Assembly: GCA_030613505.1 (NCBI GenBank)
Contig: JAUWLW010000007.1
Span: forward strand, 6,360-70,359
Direction of reading: 5' to 3'
Origin: Candidatus Zixiibacteriota bacterium
GTDB lineage: Bacteria; RBG-13-66-14; B26-G2; WVWN01
DNA: 64,000 bases
Positions 8,254-18,139 of the stretch are shown in pieces (position 1 is the stretch's first letter; every line of letters starts with the position of its first letter). The notes under the pieces are model-generated. The model was not told the origin of the DNA. It did no database searches and worked only from the letters and a program-made list of their open reading frames with translations. The position numbers and the translations under genes are program-made.

Positions 8254-9456
8254 GAAATAATCGAAAAATCGTACGAACATAAAAAAGAAGGCGACGACAG
8301 CGTTTTCGTCACGCGGGCCTCGTCGTACGAAGATAAAGAACTTCGCCGGGCAGTAGAAGCTATAGTGGACGCGGCGGGCGGTTGGGATGAGGTAAGCCCA
8401 CCCGAACGTCCGGTACTAGTAAAGCCAAACCTTATGGCCGCGCGGGAGCCGTCGCGCGCCGTTACGACGCACCCGGCGCTTATTAGAGTTTTAGGAGAGC
8501 TGCTGGCGGCCCGGGGCCGGGACGTGATAATAGGCGATAGCCCGGCCGGCGTCGCCAGAGGAATTAAACGCGTTTGGGAGATCACCGGCGCGGCCGAAGC
8601 GGCGCGCGCAGCTGGAGCGCGGCTAGTATCCTTCGAGGCAGAGGGGTCGGTACCGCGGCCGGTAAAAAGCCGCTTCGTCGAGGAAGTGCGAGTCACGCGT
8701 TTTTGCGACGAGGCGACGGTAATAGGTTTAGCAAAACTCAAGACTCATTTTTTAACGATTTTGACGGGGGCCGTAAAAAATTGCTTGGGCGTAATTCCCG
8801 GCCTGGCGAAAGCCGAGTTGCACCGGCGCGCGCCACACCCGGACGATTTCGCCGAGTTGCTGGTCGATTTAATCCCGGCGTTGGCGCCGAGGTTCAGCTT
8901 CGTGGACGGCGTCGTCGGCTTAGAGGGCGACGGTCCGGCGTCGGGTGACGCGCGTAATTTCGGCCTCGTCGTCGGCGGGTACAACGCCGCCGCCGTGGAC
9001 GCGGTATTGGCACACATCGTGGGTTTTGCCCCGGACGACGTACCGACGGTCAAGCTCAGCATCGAACGCGGCTTGACCCCTCGGGCGCCGGACATAATAC
9101 TGCTTGACGCCAAGTACTCGGACTTGGTTTTCGACGACGTCGCGACGCCCGGCAGCCTGTGGGTAAAGCACTTGCCCCGGCCTTTATTGCGTTTCGCTGG
9201 GCGGCAGTTCATAATTAAACCCGCGGTAAAGGCAGATAAATGCACCGGGTGTGAACGCTGCGTTGAATCTTGCCCGGTAGGGGCGGCGCGCATGGTGGAT
9301 GGCGTCGCCGAAATTGACGCGTCTAAATGCATCGAGTGTTTGTGTTGTTACGAAACTTGCGCGGACGACGCCGTATATTTAAAGCCGTCCCGCGTAGCCC
9401 GTTTATACTACGCGCTGCGCGATTTCAGACACCGCCGCCGGCGGTTACGCGCGTGA
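8239..9456 (+). CDS. DUF362 domain protein with C-terminal 2x[4Fe-4S] ferredoxin
   Basis: VLVKPN, TTHP, GDSP, KLKTH, TGAVKN, GLEGDGP; CTGCERCVESCP and CIECLCCYETC; start uncertain. Confidence 0.9.
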   Translation: MVYYNEIIEKSYEHKKEGDDSVFVTRASSYEDKELRRAVEAIVDAAGGWDEVSPPERPVLVKPNLMAAREPSRAVTTHPALIRVLGELLAARGRDVIIGDSPAGVARGIKRVWEITGAAEAARAAGARLVSFEAEGSVPRPVKSRFVEEVRVTRFCDEATVIGLAKLKTHFLTILTGAVKNCLGVIPGLAKAELHRRAPHPDDFAELLVDLIPALAPRFSFVDGVVGLEGDGPASGDARNFGLVVGGYNAAAVDAVLAHIVGFAPDDVPTVKLSIERGLTPRAPDIILLDAKYSDLVFDDVATPGSLWVKHLPRPLLRFAGRQFIIKPAVKADKCTGCERCVESCPVGAARMVDGVAEIDASKCIECLCCYETCADDAVYLKPSRVARLYYALRDFRHRRRRLRA

Positions 9457-9487
9457 GTTCGTCGGACGCCTAATAGGCGGAGGTAAC

Positions 9488-9859
9488 GTGAAGACCATAG
9501 CTCTTATTCTGTTATCCGTGACGTTGGGCGTCACCGGCCAGATATTCCTGAAACAGGGCGTCTCGGCCGACGGACCTATAACCGGCTTGAACCGGGCTTT
9601 ATTGGTCACGTTTTTTAGGCCGCTGGTCCTTTTGGGCCTATTTTGCTACGGCCTTTCGTCAATATCTTGGCTGGTCGTCTTGAGCCGAACCGAGCTCTCG
9701 TTCGCGTACCCCATGATCGCGCTCGGTTACGTCTTTGTGTTTTTCCTCTCGTGGTGGTTTTTCGGAGAACACGTGACGTGGATAAGAATAGCAGGCTTAT
9801 TCCTTATATGCTTCGGCGTCGTGTTGGTGGCGATTACGAAACCGCCGGGTACTCAATAA
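9488..9859 (+). CDS. Small 4-TM EamA/SMR-like transporter (ArnE/ArnF-like)
   Basis: GQIFLKQG, LSRTELSFAYP, FFGE motifs; GGAGG SD. Confidence 0.85.
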   Translation: MKTIALILLSVTLGVTGQIFLKQGVSADGPITGLNRALLVTFFRPLVLLGLFCYGLSSISWLVVLSRTELSFAYPMIALGYVFVFFLSWWFFGEHVTWIRIAGLFLICFGVVLVAITKPPGTQ

Positions 9860-9860
9860 T

Positions 9861-10544
9861 ATGGTTAAACCCTATTTCCCCAACGATATGAAAAAGGCTC
9901 TAGCTCTCCAGCGAGAATTAGCAGGGTTGGTAAAGCACGCGGGCCGGCCAAGACGTGTGCGTCGCGTGGCGGGCGTAGACGTCGCGTACCACCGCGGCCG
10001 GTCGCTGAACGTATGCGCCGTCGTCATTCTCTCGTACCCGGGGCTTGAGACGGAGGAGATCGTCTGCCGGCAGGGTCCTACGCCGTTCCCGTACGTACCC
10101 AGTTTATTGAGCTTTCGCGAAGCGCCCTTGTGCTTCGATATTCTTGAGTCCCTCCGTAAGAAATTCGACATTCTTTTAGTAGACGGCCAGGGGATCGCCC
10201 ACCCGCGCCGTTTCGGTATCGCTTCCCACCTCGGCGTCCTCCTCGACGTACCCACCATCGGCTGTGCGAAATCCCGCCTGATAGGCAAAGGACCGAAGAG
10301 ATTGGGCAAAACTAAAGGCTCCCGCGGTTCGCTAACCCACAACGACGAGCACGTAGGCACCGTGCTAAGGACTCGTACCGGCGTCAAACCGATGTACGTG
10401 TCCGTAGGCCACCGCAGCCGCCTCGATTGGGCTGAAGACCTGGTTCTCGAGCTAACCCCTCGCTTCCGCATCCCCGAACCTATCTCCCGCGCCCACAACG
10501 TCGTGACTAAGGAACGCCTAAGGATGGACATTGAAAATCATTAG
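9861..10544 (+). CDS. nfi: Endonuclease V
   Basis: VAGVDVAY, FPYVPSLLSFRE, VDGQGIAHPRRFGIASH, IGCAKS, RIPEP. Confidence 0.95.
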   Translation: MVKPYFPNDMKKALALQRELAGLVKHAGRPRRVRRVAGVDVAYHRGRSLNVCAVVILSYPGLETEEIVCRQGPTPFPYVPSLLSFREAPLCFDILESLRKKFDILLVDGQGIAHPRRFGIASHLGVLLDVPTIGCAKSRLIGKGPKRLGKTKGSRGSLTHNDEHVGTVLRTRTGVKPMYVSVGHRSRLDWAEDLVLELTPRFRIPEPISRAHNVVTKERLRMDIENH

Positions 10545-10586
10545 TTTTGAGGTCGTTAACTATTACCAATTAATACGATTAATTAA

Positions 10587-11237
10587 GTGAGTATAACCGC
10601 GGAAGATTTCGTAAAATTAGTGAAAGGACGTCGCTCGGTACGGACGATGTCCCCTGAGCCTATTCCTCGAGAACATTTGGATGCGATCATCGAATGCGGT
10701 CTTTTTGCCCCATCCGGTTCGAACCAGCAACCTTGGCATTTTGCGGTTGTTACAGATAGAAAATTAATAAATAAGATGAAAGATGCTGCGGTGGCGAAAG
10801 TCGAATTAATAAAAAGTAGGATATCGTCCGCCAGCGCGCAACGGAGTTTCGACGGATATATTCAGTACATAACGTTCTTTGGTAACTCGTCGGCCGTAAT
10901 CTGTTGTTTCTTCGAGCCTTACCGCGCGCTACTCGAGCGGCTACTAAACAGGTACGCGCCTGAAATATCGGTCAGTACGCGCGAAAACGCATCTATACAA
11001 AGCGTCGCCGCAGCGGTAGAGAATATGTTGTTGGCGGCGCACGCCTTCGGGTACGTGGGGTGTTGGATGACCGGGCTGCTAATAGCGAAGGAAGACATCG
11101 AGGCGCTGGTGAAACCGGAGGGAAAATGGGAACTTATCGCGATGGTCGCGCTAGGCCACCGGCGCGAGGGCAAGGGTGCGCCGCAAGCGCCTGAAAGACG
11201 GCCTAGGGATGAAACGGTATCGTATTTCGGGGAATGA
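10587..11237 (+). CDS. Nitroreductase family protein
   Basis: RRSVR, APSGSNQQPWHF, ENMLLAAHAFG..GCW. Confidence 0.9.
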   Translation: MSITAEDFVKLVKGRRSVRTMSPEPIPREHLDAIIECGLFAPSGSNQQPWHFAVVTDRKLINKMKDAAVAKVELIKSRISSASAQRSFDGYIQYITFFGNSSAVICCFFEPYRALLERLLNRYAPEISVSTRENASIQSVAAAVENMLLAAHAFGYVGCWMTGLLIAKEDIEALVKPEGKWELIAMVALGHRREGKGAPQAPERRPRDETVSYFGE

Positions 11238-11241
11238 CGCC

Positions 11242-12024
11242 GTGGTATACGTTATTTCGAAAAACGTAAAATTCGCGTTCGCGGCGTTAGCGATAGCGTA
11301 TGCGGTCGCAGGTTGTAGCGGGTCGGCTGAAGACGCCCAAGGAACGCCCGCAGCGGTGCCTGAAGCGACGGTAGTGGTCCTTAACGGTGCCGGTAGAGCC
11401 GAGGTCTGCGAGGCGGTTGCCGCTCAGCTCGGCGCGGAATTACCGGGCGGCGTCGAGAATTATAGAAACGGCGACGAGTTGGACTATTCCGTTAGCGAAA
11501 CGCTAATAAGGTGCGACGAACGTTATCGAGCGCAAGCCGAGGGTATACGGGGAAAATTGGGCTTCGGCGTTGTTTCGTATAAAAAAGGGCTGGATAGTAT
11601 CGAAGTAGTCGTAGGCTGGGATGCGCCGCCCCCGTCGTTTGACGAGCCGCCGGCGAACGGGGTATATATCGATAAGTCGGAGAAGGCGGTGTATTCCTTC
11701 CAAGACGGCGACCTCGCAAATATTTGGCCGTGCGCCACCGGAAAGGCCGAGACGCCGACTCCCACCGGCCGCTTCGAAGTTACCGTGACGCTGGAAAAAC
11801 CGACCTGGTATTGGGAGGGTAAAGCTATTCCGCCCGGGCCGGACAACGGCTTAGGTGATTGGTTCATCGGGATTAATAAGAAAGGTTACGGCCTTCACGG
11901 CACGAACGAACCACCCAGCATAGGTACCGCCGCTTCGCACGGTTGCGTGCGGATGTACAACGACGACGCGGGCGCCTTGGTTAAACTTGTTTCGCCCGGA
12001 ACGCCGGTAGTCATCGTGGAATAA
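11242..12024 (+). CDS. Lipoprotein L,D-transpeptidase (LytR_C-like + YkuD domain)
   Basis: VAGC lipobox; VVVLNGAG (LytR_C-like); TPTGRF, YGLHGT, SHGCVRM catalytic motif. Confidence 0.88.
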   Translation: MVYVISKNVKFAFAALAIAYAVAGCSGSAEDAQGTPAAVPEATVVVLNGAGRAEVCEAVAAQLGAELPGGVENYRNGDELDYSVSETLIRCDERYRAQAEGIRGKLGFGVVSYKKGLDSIEVVVGWDAPPPSFDEPPANGVYIDKSEKAVYSFQDGDLANIWPCATGKAETPTPTGRFEVTVTLEKPTWYWEGKAIPPGPDNGLGDWFIGINKKGYGLHGTNEPPSIGTAASHGCVRMYNDDAGALVKLVSPGTPVVIVE

Positions 12025-12069
12025 GGTTGGCTGCGGGAACTTTTTGTTAAATTGGCGCGGAGGTCGAAG

Positions 12070-13005
12070 ATGCCGGAAGAAAAATGCCCCAATTGCGGTA
12101 CGGCGTACGAGTCTGACGCGACGTTTTGCATAAATTGCGGCGCGAAACGTGAGGAAGCGCCGAAAGACGAACAACCCGAAACCCCGGCGGCCGCGGCCCC
12201 CGCGGAACCGCCTGCGGAAGACGAGCCGCCGCCGGCGAAAGAAGCCGCGGACGCCGAAGCGCCGCCACCGTTACGTCCTCAGTCCGAAGAGAAAGTCCTG
12301 GAGCACGTCGACGACGAAATGGAAAAAGCGGTACCGGAAGAGCCGAAGAAAAAGAGTAAGAAGGGTTGTTGTGTCGTCGCGGTCATCGGCGGCGTAATCG
12401 TCTTATTGGCGGTGGCTTGCGGCCTGACCATATACTTAAAGTATCCAGGCATGCTGGAGGAATGGGGCGTAGTCGTGGGCGGCGAGGGGTTCACTCACAA
12501 CTTCGCGGTCGTTACGGAAGAAGATATCGCGGTATGGCAAAAGGGCGAGGGTACGGTCGTCAAACAAGAAAAAGAGATGTTGAAGGTCCGGAACGCGCTG
12601 GTGGGCGTAAACTACGACCCCGGGACAAATTATTCGGCTTCGTGTACCGTCTTCGTCCAAAATGTCGAAAACGAGGAGGGGTGGGCCGGCCTCGTTATGC
12701 GCGTGAATCCGAAGGGCGGGGACCGGTACGCTTTCGGGATATTGCCCAAGAAAAAGCTCGCCCGTATTAATAAGATCGCGGGTGCGGGCGAGCCGCTGGT
12801 TCTCGCCAGCGCCCGCGTCGCCGCTTTGCGGGTTGGGATGCCGTTCACCGTAAACGCGACCGTTTCCGGCAACGACCTTACGATGGAAATAAACGGTACG
12901 GTGGTAGGCCAGGCCACGGACATCGGCTTACTCGAGGGCCCGATGGGCTTCGAGGTTCGCGGTGCTACGGCCTACTTCGACGATTTGAGAGTGCGGCCCG
13001 AATAA
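12070..13005 (+). CDS. Zinc-ribbon / Pro-Ala-Glu linker / TM / extracytoplasmic DUF1080-like beta-sandwich protein
   Basis: CPNCG...FCINCG; single TM; WAGLVMR and GPMGFEV..AYFDDLRV resemble the DUF1080/LamG fold. Confidence 0.7.
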   Translation: MPEEKCPNCGTAYESDATFCINCGAKREEAPKDEQPETPAAAAPAEPPAEDEPPPAKEAADAEAPPPLRPQSEEKVLEHVDDEMEKAVPEEPKKKSKKGCCVVAVIGGVIVLLAVACGLTIYLKYPGMLEEWGVVVGGEGFTHNFAVVTEEDIAVWQKGEGTVVKQEKEMLKVRNALVGVNYDPGTNYSASCTVFVQNVENEEGWAGLVMRVNPKGGDRYAFGILPKKKLARINKIAGAGEPLVLASARVAALRVGMPFTVNATVSGNDLTMEINGTVVGQATDIGLLEGPMGFEVRGATAYFDDLRVRPE

Positions 13006-13039
13006 AGTACTCGGGTCGCCGACTCGTGCGGAGGTAACT

Positions 13040-13879
13040 TTGCACCCCGTTGTTTGGAGAATTACCGACACGATGGCGATCAAGTCGTACGGCATCGCGA
13101 TCGCGGTTGCGTTTGTTTTGGGTATCTTACTCACGGCCCGGCACGCCCGCAAAGTGGGCTTGAAGTTCAACGATTTCGTGGACATGGGTTTCTGGGTTGT
13201 TATCGCCGCCATAGTGGGCGGCCGCATTTTCTATATCCTATTCAACCTGCAGGACTACATCCAAAGGCCGATCGCAATCGTGCAAATATGGCACGGCGGC
13301 CTTATATTCTACGGCGGCCTTTTCGCCGCCGTTTTAACCGCCATCATTTTCGCGAAGCGTCGCGGCATCCCGGTTTGGTTGGGCGGCGACTTGATAGCGC
13401 CCCAGATCGCGCTCGGCTACGCCATAACGCGCGTTGGCTGCTTCCTAAACGGATGCTGTTTCGGCAAGGCTACTTCTTTGCCGTGGGGCGTCGAATTCCC
13501 GCTGGGATGCGGGGCCGGCCGGTATATCGGCGAGCTCTCTTTCGCGGCGTTCTTCTCGGGCCAGGCCGACGCCGTCATCCGCCTCCATCCGGTGCAGCTA
13601 TACGCCGCCGCGGCAAACCTCGTCATCTTCGCTTTGTTGCTAGTCGCCTGGCGGCGCCGCGGCTTCGACGGTCAGATCTTCTGGTATTATACGGTGTTAT
13701 ACGCCGTCTACCGGTTCGCGATCGAGTTTCTCCGTGGAGACAACCAACCTTTGGCGTTAAGCCTCACGACGGCGCAAATCATGAGCATAACGCTGTTCGC
13801 GTGCTCGCTCGTCGCGTGGTTCAATCTGCGCGCGCGAGGCGTGATACACGGCGCCGCGGCCGCTAAAATGACTAAATGA
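13040..13879 (+). CDS. lgt: Prolipoprotein diacylglyceryl transferase
   Basis: GGRIFY, GGLIFYGG, RVGCFLNGCCFG, HPVQLY, RFAIEFLRGD. Confidence 0.95.
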   Translation: MHPVVWRITDTMAIKSYGIAIAVAFVLGILLTARHARKVGLKFNDFVDMGFWVVIAAIVGGRIFYILFNLQDYIQRPIAIVQIWHGGLIFYGGLFAAVLTAIIFAKRRGIPVWLGGDLIAPQIALGYAITRVGCFLNGCCFGKATSLPWGVEFPLGCGAGRYIGELSFAAFFSGQADAVIRLHPVQLYAAAANLVIFALLLVAWRRRGFDGQIFWYYTVLYAVYRFAIEFLRGDNQPLALSLTTAQIMSITLFACSLVAWFNLRARGVIHGAAAAKMTK

Positions 13880-15168
13880 CGCGTATATGGCTCGACGAGC
13901 TAGGCCGGCACGTCGGCGAAGAAGTCGAAGTCGGCGGTTGGGTTTTTAATTTCCGCAGCAGCGGGAAGATCCATTTTATCCAGCTCCGCGACGGTACGGC
14001 GCGCGTGCAGGCGGTATGCGCCGAGGATAACGTCTCCGACGATGTCTTCGCCCGGTGCGACGGGCTCGCGTTGGAATCGTCGGTGCGCGTCGTAGGCGCC
14101 GTCCGCGAAGACGCCCGGGCGCCGGGTGGCGTCGAACTGGTTGTTAAAGACCTTGAGATATTATCGGCGGCGCTGGAATTTCCCATCCAGAAGAAAGAAC
14201 ACGGCGTCGACTTTTTATTGGACCGCCGGCACTTGTGGCTGCGTTCGCCGCGCCAGGAGGCTGTCCTCAAAGTGCGGTCGGCCGTCGAACGAGCCATAGC
14301 CGACTTCTTCGACGGGCGCGGTTTCGTGCGCGTGGATGCCCCTATCCTGACGCCCACGTCGCCCGAGGGCACGACGACGCTGTTTCAAACGGACTACTTC
14401 GGCGAACCGGCCTTCCTGAGCCAGAGCGGCCAACTCTACATGGAGGCCGCGGCTGCGGCGTTCGGTAAGGTATATTGCGCCGGTCCGACCTTCCGCGCCG
14501 AGAAATCGAAGACCAGGCGCCACGTAATGGAATTTTGGATGATTGAGCCTGAGGTCGCGTTCCTCGACCACGAGGGAAACATATCGTTGGCGGAAGATTT
14601 GGTATCAGCGATCGTGAGTGGCGTATTAGCGCGGCGCCGAGCCGAGCTCGACGTCTTGGAGCGCGACGTCGCCGCGCTCGAGCGCGTCAAGCCGCCGTTC
14701 CCGCGCGTTACGTACGACGAGGCTCACAAACTCCTTGCGGCCAAAGGCTACGACTTCCCGTGGGGCGGGGACTTGGGCGGCGACGAGCAAACGGCCCTCG
14801 CGGAGGAGTACGACACGCCCTTTTTCGTCGAGAAGTTCCCGGTCTCGGCCAAGGCTTTTTATATGAAGAGGTGCGAAGACGACGCGCGTTTAACGTATTC
14901 CATAGACGTATTCGCGCCGGAGGGCTACGGCGAGATAGTAGGGGGCTCGTGCCGCGAAGAGGATTTGGACAAGCTTATCGAAAACGTCGCAGCTCACAAG
15001 CTTCCGCCGGAACCTCTCGAGTGGTACCTGGACCTCAGGCGTTACGGCGCGGTTCCGATGGCGGGTTTCGGCCTCGGTTTGGGGCGGACCGTAATGTGGA
15101 TCTGCGGCCTTAAGCACATACGAGAAGCCATACCTTTTCCGCGGATGTTGAACCGTTTTTATCCCTGA
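13876..15168 (+). CDS. asnS: Asparagine--tRNA ligase
   Basis: OB-fold N-terminus, RHLWLR, LSQSGQLY, FRAEKSKTRRH..EFWMIE, YLDLRRYG. Confidence 0.93.
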   Translation: MTRIWLDELGRHVGEEVEVGGWVFNFRSSGKIHFIQLRDGTARVQAVCAEDNVSDDVFARCDGLALESSVRVVGAVREDARAPGGVELVVKDLEILSAALEFPIQKKEHGVDFLLDRRHLWLRSPRQEAVLKVRSAVERAIADFFDGRGFVRVDAPILTPTSPEGTTTLFQTDYFGEPAFLSQSGQLYMEAAAAAFGKVYCAGPTFRAEKSKTRRHVMEFWMIEPEVAFLDHEGNISLAEDLVSAIVSGVLARRRAELDVLERDVAALERVKPPFPRVTYDEAHKLLAAKGYDFPWGGDLGGDEQTALAEEYDTPFFVEKFPVSAKAFYMKRCEDDARLTYSIDVFAPEGYGEIVGGSCREEDLDKLIENVAAHKLPPEPLEWYLDLRRYGAVPMAGFGLGLGRTVMWICGLKHIREAIPFPRMLNRFYP

Positions 15169-15268
15169 CGAAGCGCGCGTACGCCGAAAGGCCGACGCGC
15201 CGACTTCGGCGTTTCGCTTGCAAGATTCGGCGACGAACGGCGGTATACGCGTCACTCCGTTCAAACGG

Positions 15269-15607
15269 ATGGCGTACGTCCTCTCCGGCTTAGCGTACAA
15301 CCGGCACGTGGGGCCGGTCGTGCTTGCCGTCGTAGTCGGCCTCGCCGCGATCGGCTTCCGCGAGCTGGTCCGTTTTTTCAATTTCATTTTACTGGAACGC
15401 GCCTGGGCCGAGGCTACGCCGCCGTACGGCCGCGCTACGTTGCCCGTGATTACCGGCGGCGGCGGATTGGTAGTCGGCCTACTCGTACACTATCTCGCCC
15501 CGGAGGCGAAAGGCTCGGGCATACCGGACGTTATAGGTGCCGCAAAACGGTGGGAATGTGGGCCGAAGGTCGCTAGCCCCGGCCGATCAACGGCCCTAAT
15601 ACTGTGA
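15269..15607 (+). pseudogene. N-terminal fragment of a ClC chloride channel/transporter
   Basis: Two TM helices then the APEAKGSGIPDV signature, then stop; GxEGP and later helices absent. Confidence 0.65.
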
Positions 15608-16824
15608 GTAACGCCACGCTCAGCTTATTACTTTTAGCCGCCCTTTCGGCCGGCGCGTTGTTTTCCGTTGCCGAGAGCGCGTTGTTTTCTCTGGGAAGCG
15701 TCCGGTTGCGACGGATGAAGCTGCGCCGCAGGCTTACGGCCCCTCTCGTGCGTTCTTTTCTGGTCCGGCCTCGCCAACTCCTCGTGACGGTGGTTATCGG
15801 CAATATGTTCGCGCTGGCCGCGGCCGCTTCTCTTGCGACGGCGTTGGGCGTCCGCGTTAATCCGCTGTACGGGCCGGCCATAGCCGCGGCCGTCACGACG
15901 GTCATAGTGTTCGTATTTGCCGAAACCCTTCCCAAAACGTTAGGCGTCGCCTGGCCTGAAAAAGGCGCGGCTTTAACCTCGCCGTTCCTCAAGCTCGTAT
16001 TCTGGGTTTTATACCCGTTGAACCGGGCCGCGCTCGCCTTAACCGATTTCTTGGCAGGGCGGCCGCAACGGCGGAGTTTGGACCCGGGCGTAGAGGATAT
16101 CTACGGCCTGCTCAGAGAGAGCGAGGCCGGAGGTATTTTGGACGACGTCGAGAGAGAAATGATCGAGCGGGTGGTGGCGTTCGCGGACCGCACGGCGGGG
16201 GAGATTGCAACCCCCCGCACGAAGATATTCGCCCTCAACGCCGATACAACCTTTCAGGAGGCAGCGCGTACCGTCGCGGATTCGCCGTACGCCCGCATAC
16301 CAGTTTACGAAGATAATCTCGAGAACGTAATCGGTATTCTCTACGTCAAGGATATTTTGCTCGCCGGAGACGAGCCACCACCTAACCTCCGCGAGTCCGT
16401 GCGCCCCGCATATTTCGTGCCCGATAGCCAACCCGCGGTCGATCTTTTCGTCGATTTTATAAGGAACCGTACGCACATAGCGCTGGTCGTAGACGAGTAC
16501 GGCTCGCTAGACGGTTTAGTAACGATGACGGACGTTCTCGGGGAGATAATCGGCGAACCGGCGCAACCCGTCAAGTACGTCGGCGCGAGGCGGTTTATCG
16601 TCGCGGCCGACACGGACCTCGACGATTTCAACGATTTAACGGGTTCCAACCTCCAGGACGAAGATGCGGAGACTTTGGCCGGGTATCTATTGAACCGGTT
16701 CGGCCGCATACCGGCCGTAGGCGAGGAGTACCGCGAGGGCGACCTTAAATTTACGGTCGAGGCTGCGGAACCACATCGGTTAACCGAAGTTATGGTCGAA
16801 AAAGCCCGAGGGTTGGAGGCTTAG
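15604..16824 (+). CDS. CNNM/CorB (DUF21-CBS-CorC_HlyC) protein
   Basis: FSVAESALFS, IGN, ETLPK, ATPR, ARIPVY, VVDEYG, TLAGYL. Confidence 0.92.
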   Translation: MSNATLSLLLLAALSAGALFSVAESALFSLGSVRLRRMKLRRRLTAPLVRSFLVRPRQLLVTVVIGNMFALAAAASLATALGVRVNPLYGPAIAAAVTTVIVFVFAETLPKTLGVAWPEKGAALTSPFLKLVFWVLYPLNRAALALTDFLAGRPQRRSLDPGVEDIYGLLRESEAGGILDDVEREMIERVVAFADRTAGEIATPRTKIFALNADTTFQEAARTVADSPYARIPVYEDNLENVIGILYVKDILLAGDEPPPNLRESVRPAYFVPDSQPAVDLFVDFIRNRTHIALVVDEYGSLDGLVTMTDVLGEIIGEPAQPVKYVGARRFIVAADTDLDDFNDLTGSNLQDEDAETLAGYLLNRFGRIPAVGEEYREGDLKFTVEAAEPHRLTEVMVEKARGLEA

Positions 16825-18066
16825 TTGGGGATAATCTACCTACTACTAGTAATAGCGTTATTGTTCGCCGCCGGGTTTTTTTCGTCGGCCGAGACGGCGG
16901 TCTTGGCGGCCAACCGTATGCGGTTGCGGCACCTCGCCGCCGTGGGCAACCGCCGCGCGGCCCGCGTCTTGTCGTTTCTGGAAAAACCAGACACCTTTCT
17001 CACGTCCATCCTATTTGGCAACAACGTTTCGTTGGTCGTCGCGACGTCGCTCTTAACCGTATTGATCGCCCGTTATTCGGGCGAGGCCGCGAGCGTCGTC
17101 GTTGCGACGCTCGCCATGACGGCCCTCCTAACCATATTTTCCGAAATTATCCCCAAATCGGTCGTCCTCGAGGACGCGGATTATTTCGCCATGTCCTTCG
17201 CGCCCGTCATCGGCTTTCTGGAGACGTTGTTTAAGCCCGTGGTTTGGGCCACCAACGTCGTCGCCGGCGGGTTGCTCGGCCTGGTGCGCGTTCGGGCGGA
17301 GCGGCTGCCGTTCGCGACGCGGGAGGAGCTGCGCGCCATACTCACGTCCCGGCAGCCGCGGACCAGGACCGAAATCGTCCAGCGCCGCATGATACGGCGC
17401 ATCTTCGGTTTCGGCGAAACGACGGCGAAGGACGTTATGGTGCCGCTCGCCGACGTAGTCGCGTTACCGGAAACGGCGACCAAGAAGGACATCGTCGCGG
17501 CGTTGGGGCTAAGCGGCTTCTCGAGCTACCCCGTTTATAGAGTTCGCCGCGAGGATATCGTAGGCGTCGTCGTGGCGCGCGATTTCACCACGTCACCCGC
17601 GGATGCACCCGTAAAAACCAACCTATGGATGCCGTTGTTCGTTTCAACCGGGGCAAGTATCGAGACCCTCCTGCCGCGCCTGGCGAAGCGGCGAGTAGAT
17701 ATGGCCGTAGTCCGAAACGAGAGCGGCCGCGCGGTCGGCATAGTGACCGAGGAGGACATCGTCGAAGAGGTGGTAGGGGAGATCGAGGACGAATATAATT
17801 GGGGGTCGCAAGGGTTGATCCGTCACGGCGACGGTTATGCCGCGGACGCCCGCTTGGCGGTAAACTATTTTAATGAACGAATGCCGGTGCCGTTGCCGCG
17901 AGGGGATTATATTACGGTGGGCGGTTTTCTGGCCTCGCGGTTGGGGCGGGTGCCCAAATCCGGCGACGAATACGTTTGGCCGCCGTACCGTTTCCGGGTT
18001 TTGAGGGCTACGCCGCGGGCGGCGCGTCTTATCAGCGTTGAGACCCTTAAGGCGAACGGTAACTAG
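16825..18066 (+). CDS. CNNM/CorB (DUF21-CBS-CorC_HlyC) protein, paralog 2
   Basis: FFSSAETA, GNN, EIIPK, EDIVEEVVGEIEDEY, TVGGF. Confidence 0.92.
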   Translation: MGIIYLLLVIALLFAAGFFSSAETAVLAANRMRLRHLAAVGNRRAARVLSFLEKPDTFLTSILFGNNVSLVVATSLLTVLIARYSGEAASVVVATLAMTALLTIFSEIIPKSVVLEDADYFAMSFAPVIGFLETLFKPVVWATNVVAGGLLGLVRVRAERLPFATREELRAILTSRQPRTRTEIVQRRMIRRIFGFGETTAKDVMVPLADVVALPETATKKDIVAALGLSGFSSYPVYRVRREDIVGVVVARDFTTSPADAPVKTNLWMPLFVSTGASIETLLPRLAKRRVDMAVVRNESGRAVGIVTEEDIVEEVVGEIEDEYNWGSQGLIRHGDGYAADARLAVNYFNERMPVPLPRGDYITVGGFLASRLGRVPKSGDEYVWPPYRFRVLRATPRAARLISVETLKANGN

Positions 18067-18080
18067 GCGGCTCAAAGGGG

Positions 18081-18109
18081 TTGCGAAAGGAAGCGGCGAA
18101 GGTTATACT
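18081..18109 (+). promoter_or_regulatory. Sigma70-type promoter
   Basis: TTGCGA-17 nt-TATACT. Confidence 0.55.
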
Positions 18110-18139
18110 TCGACGTAAAGACCCCAGGTCGGTACCGAT

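Noticed and set aside
15605-15607. Readthrough or frameshift rescuing the ClC fragment
   Set aside because: Another stop follows within a few codons and the downstream DNA encodes CNNM, not ClC
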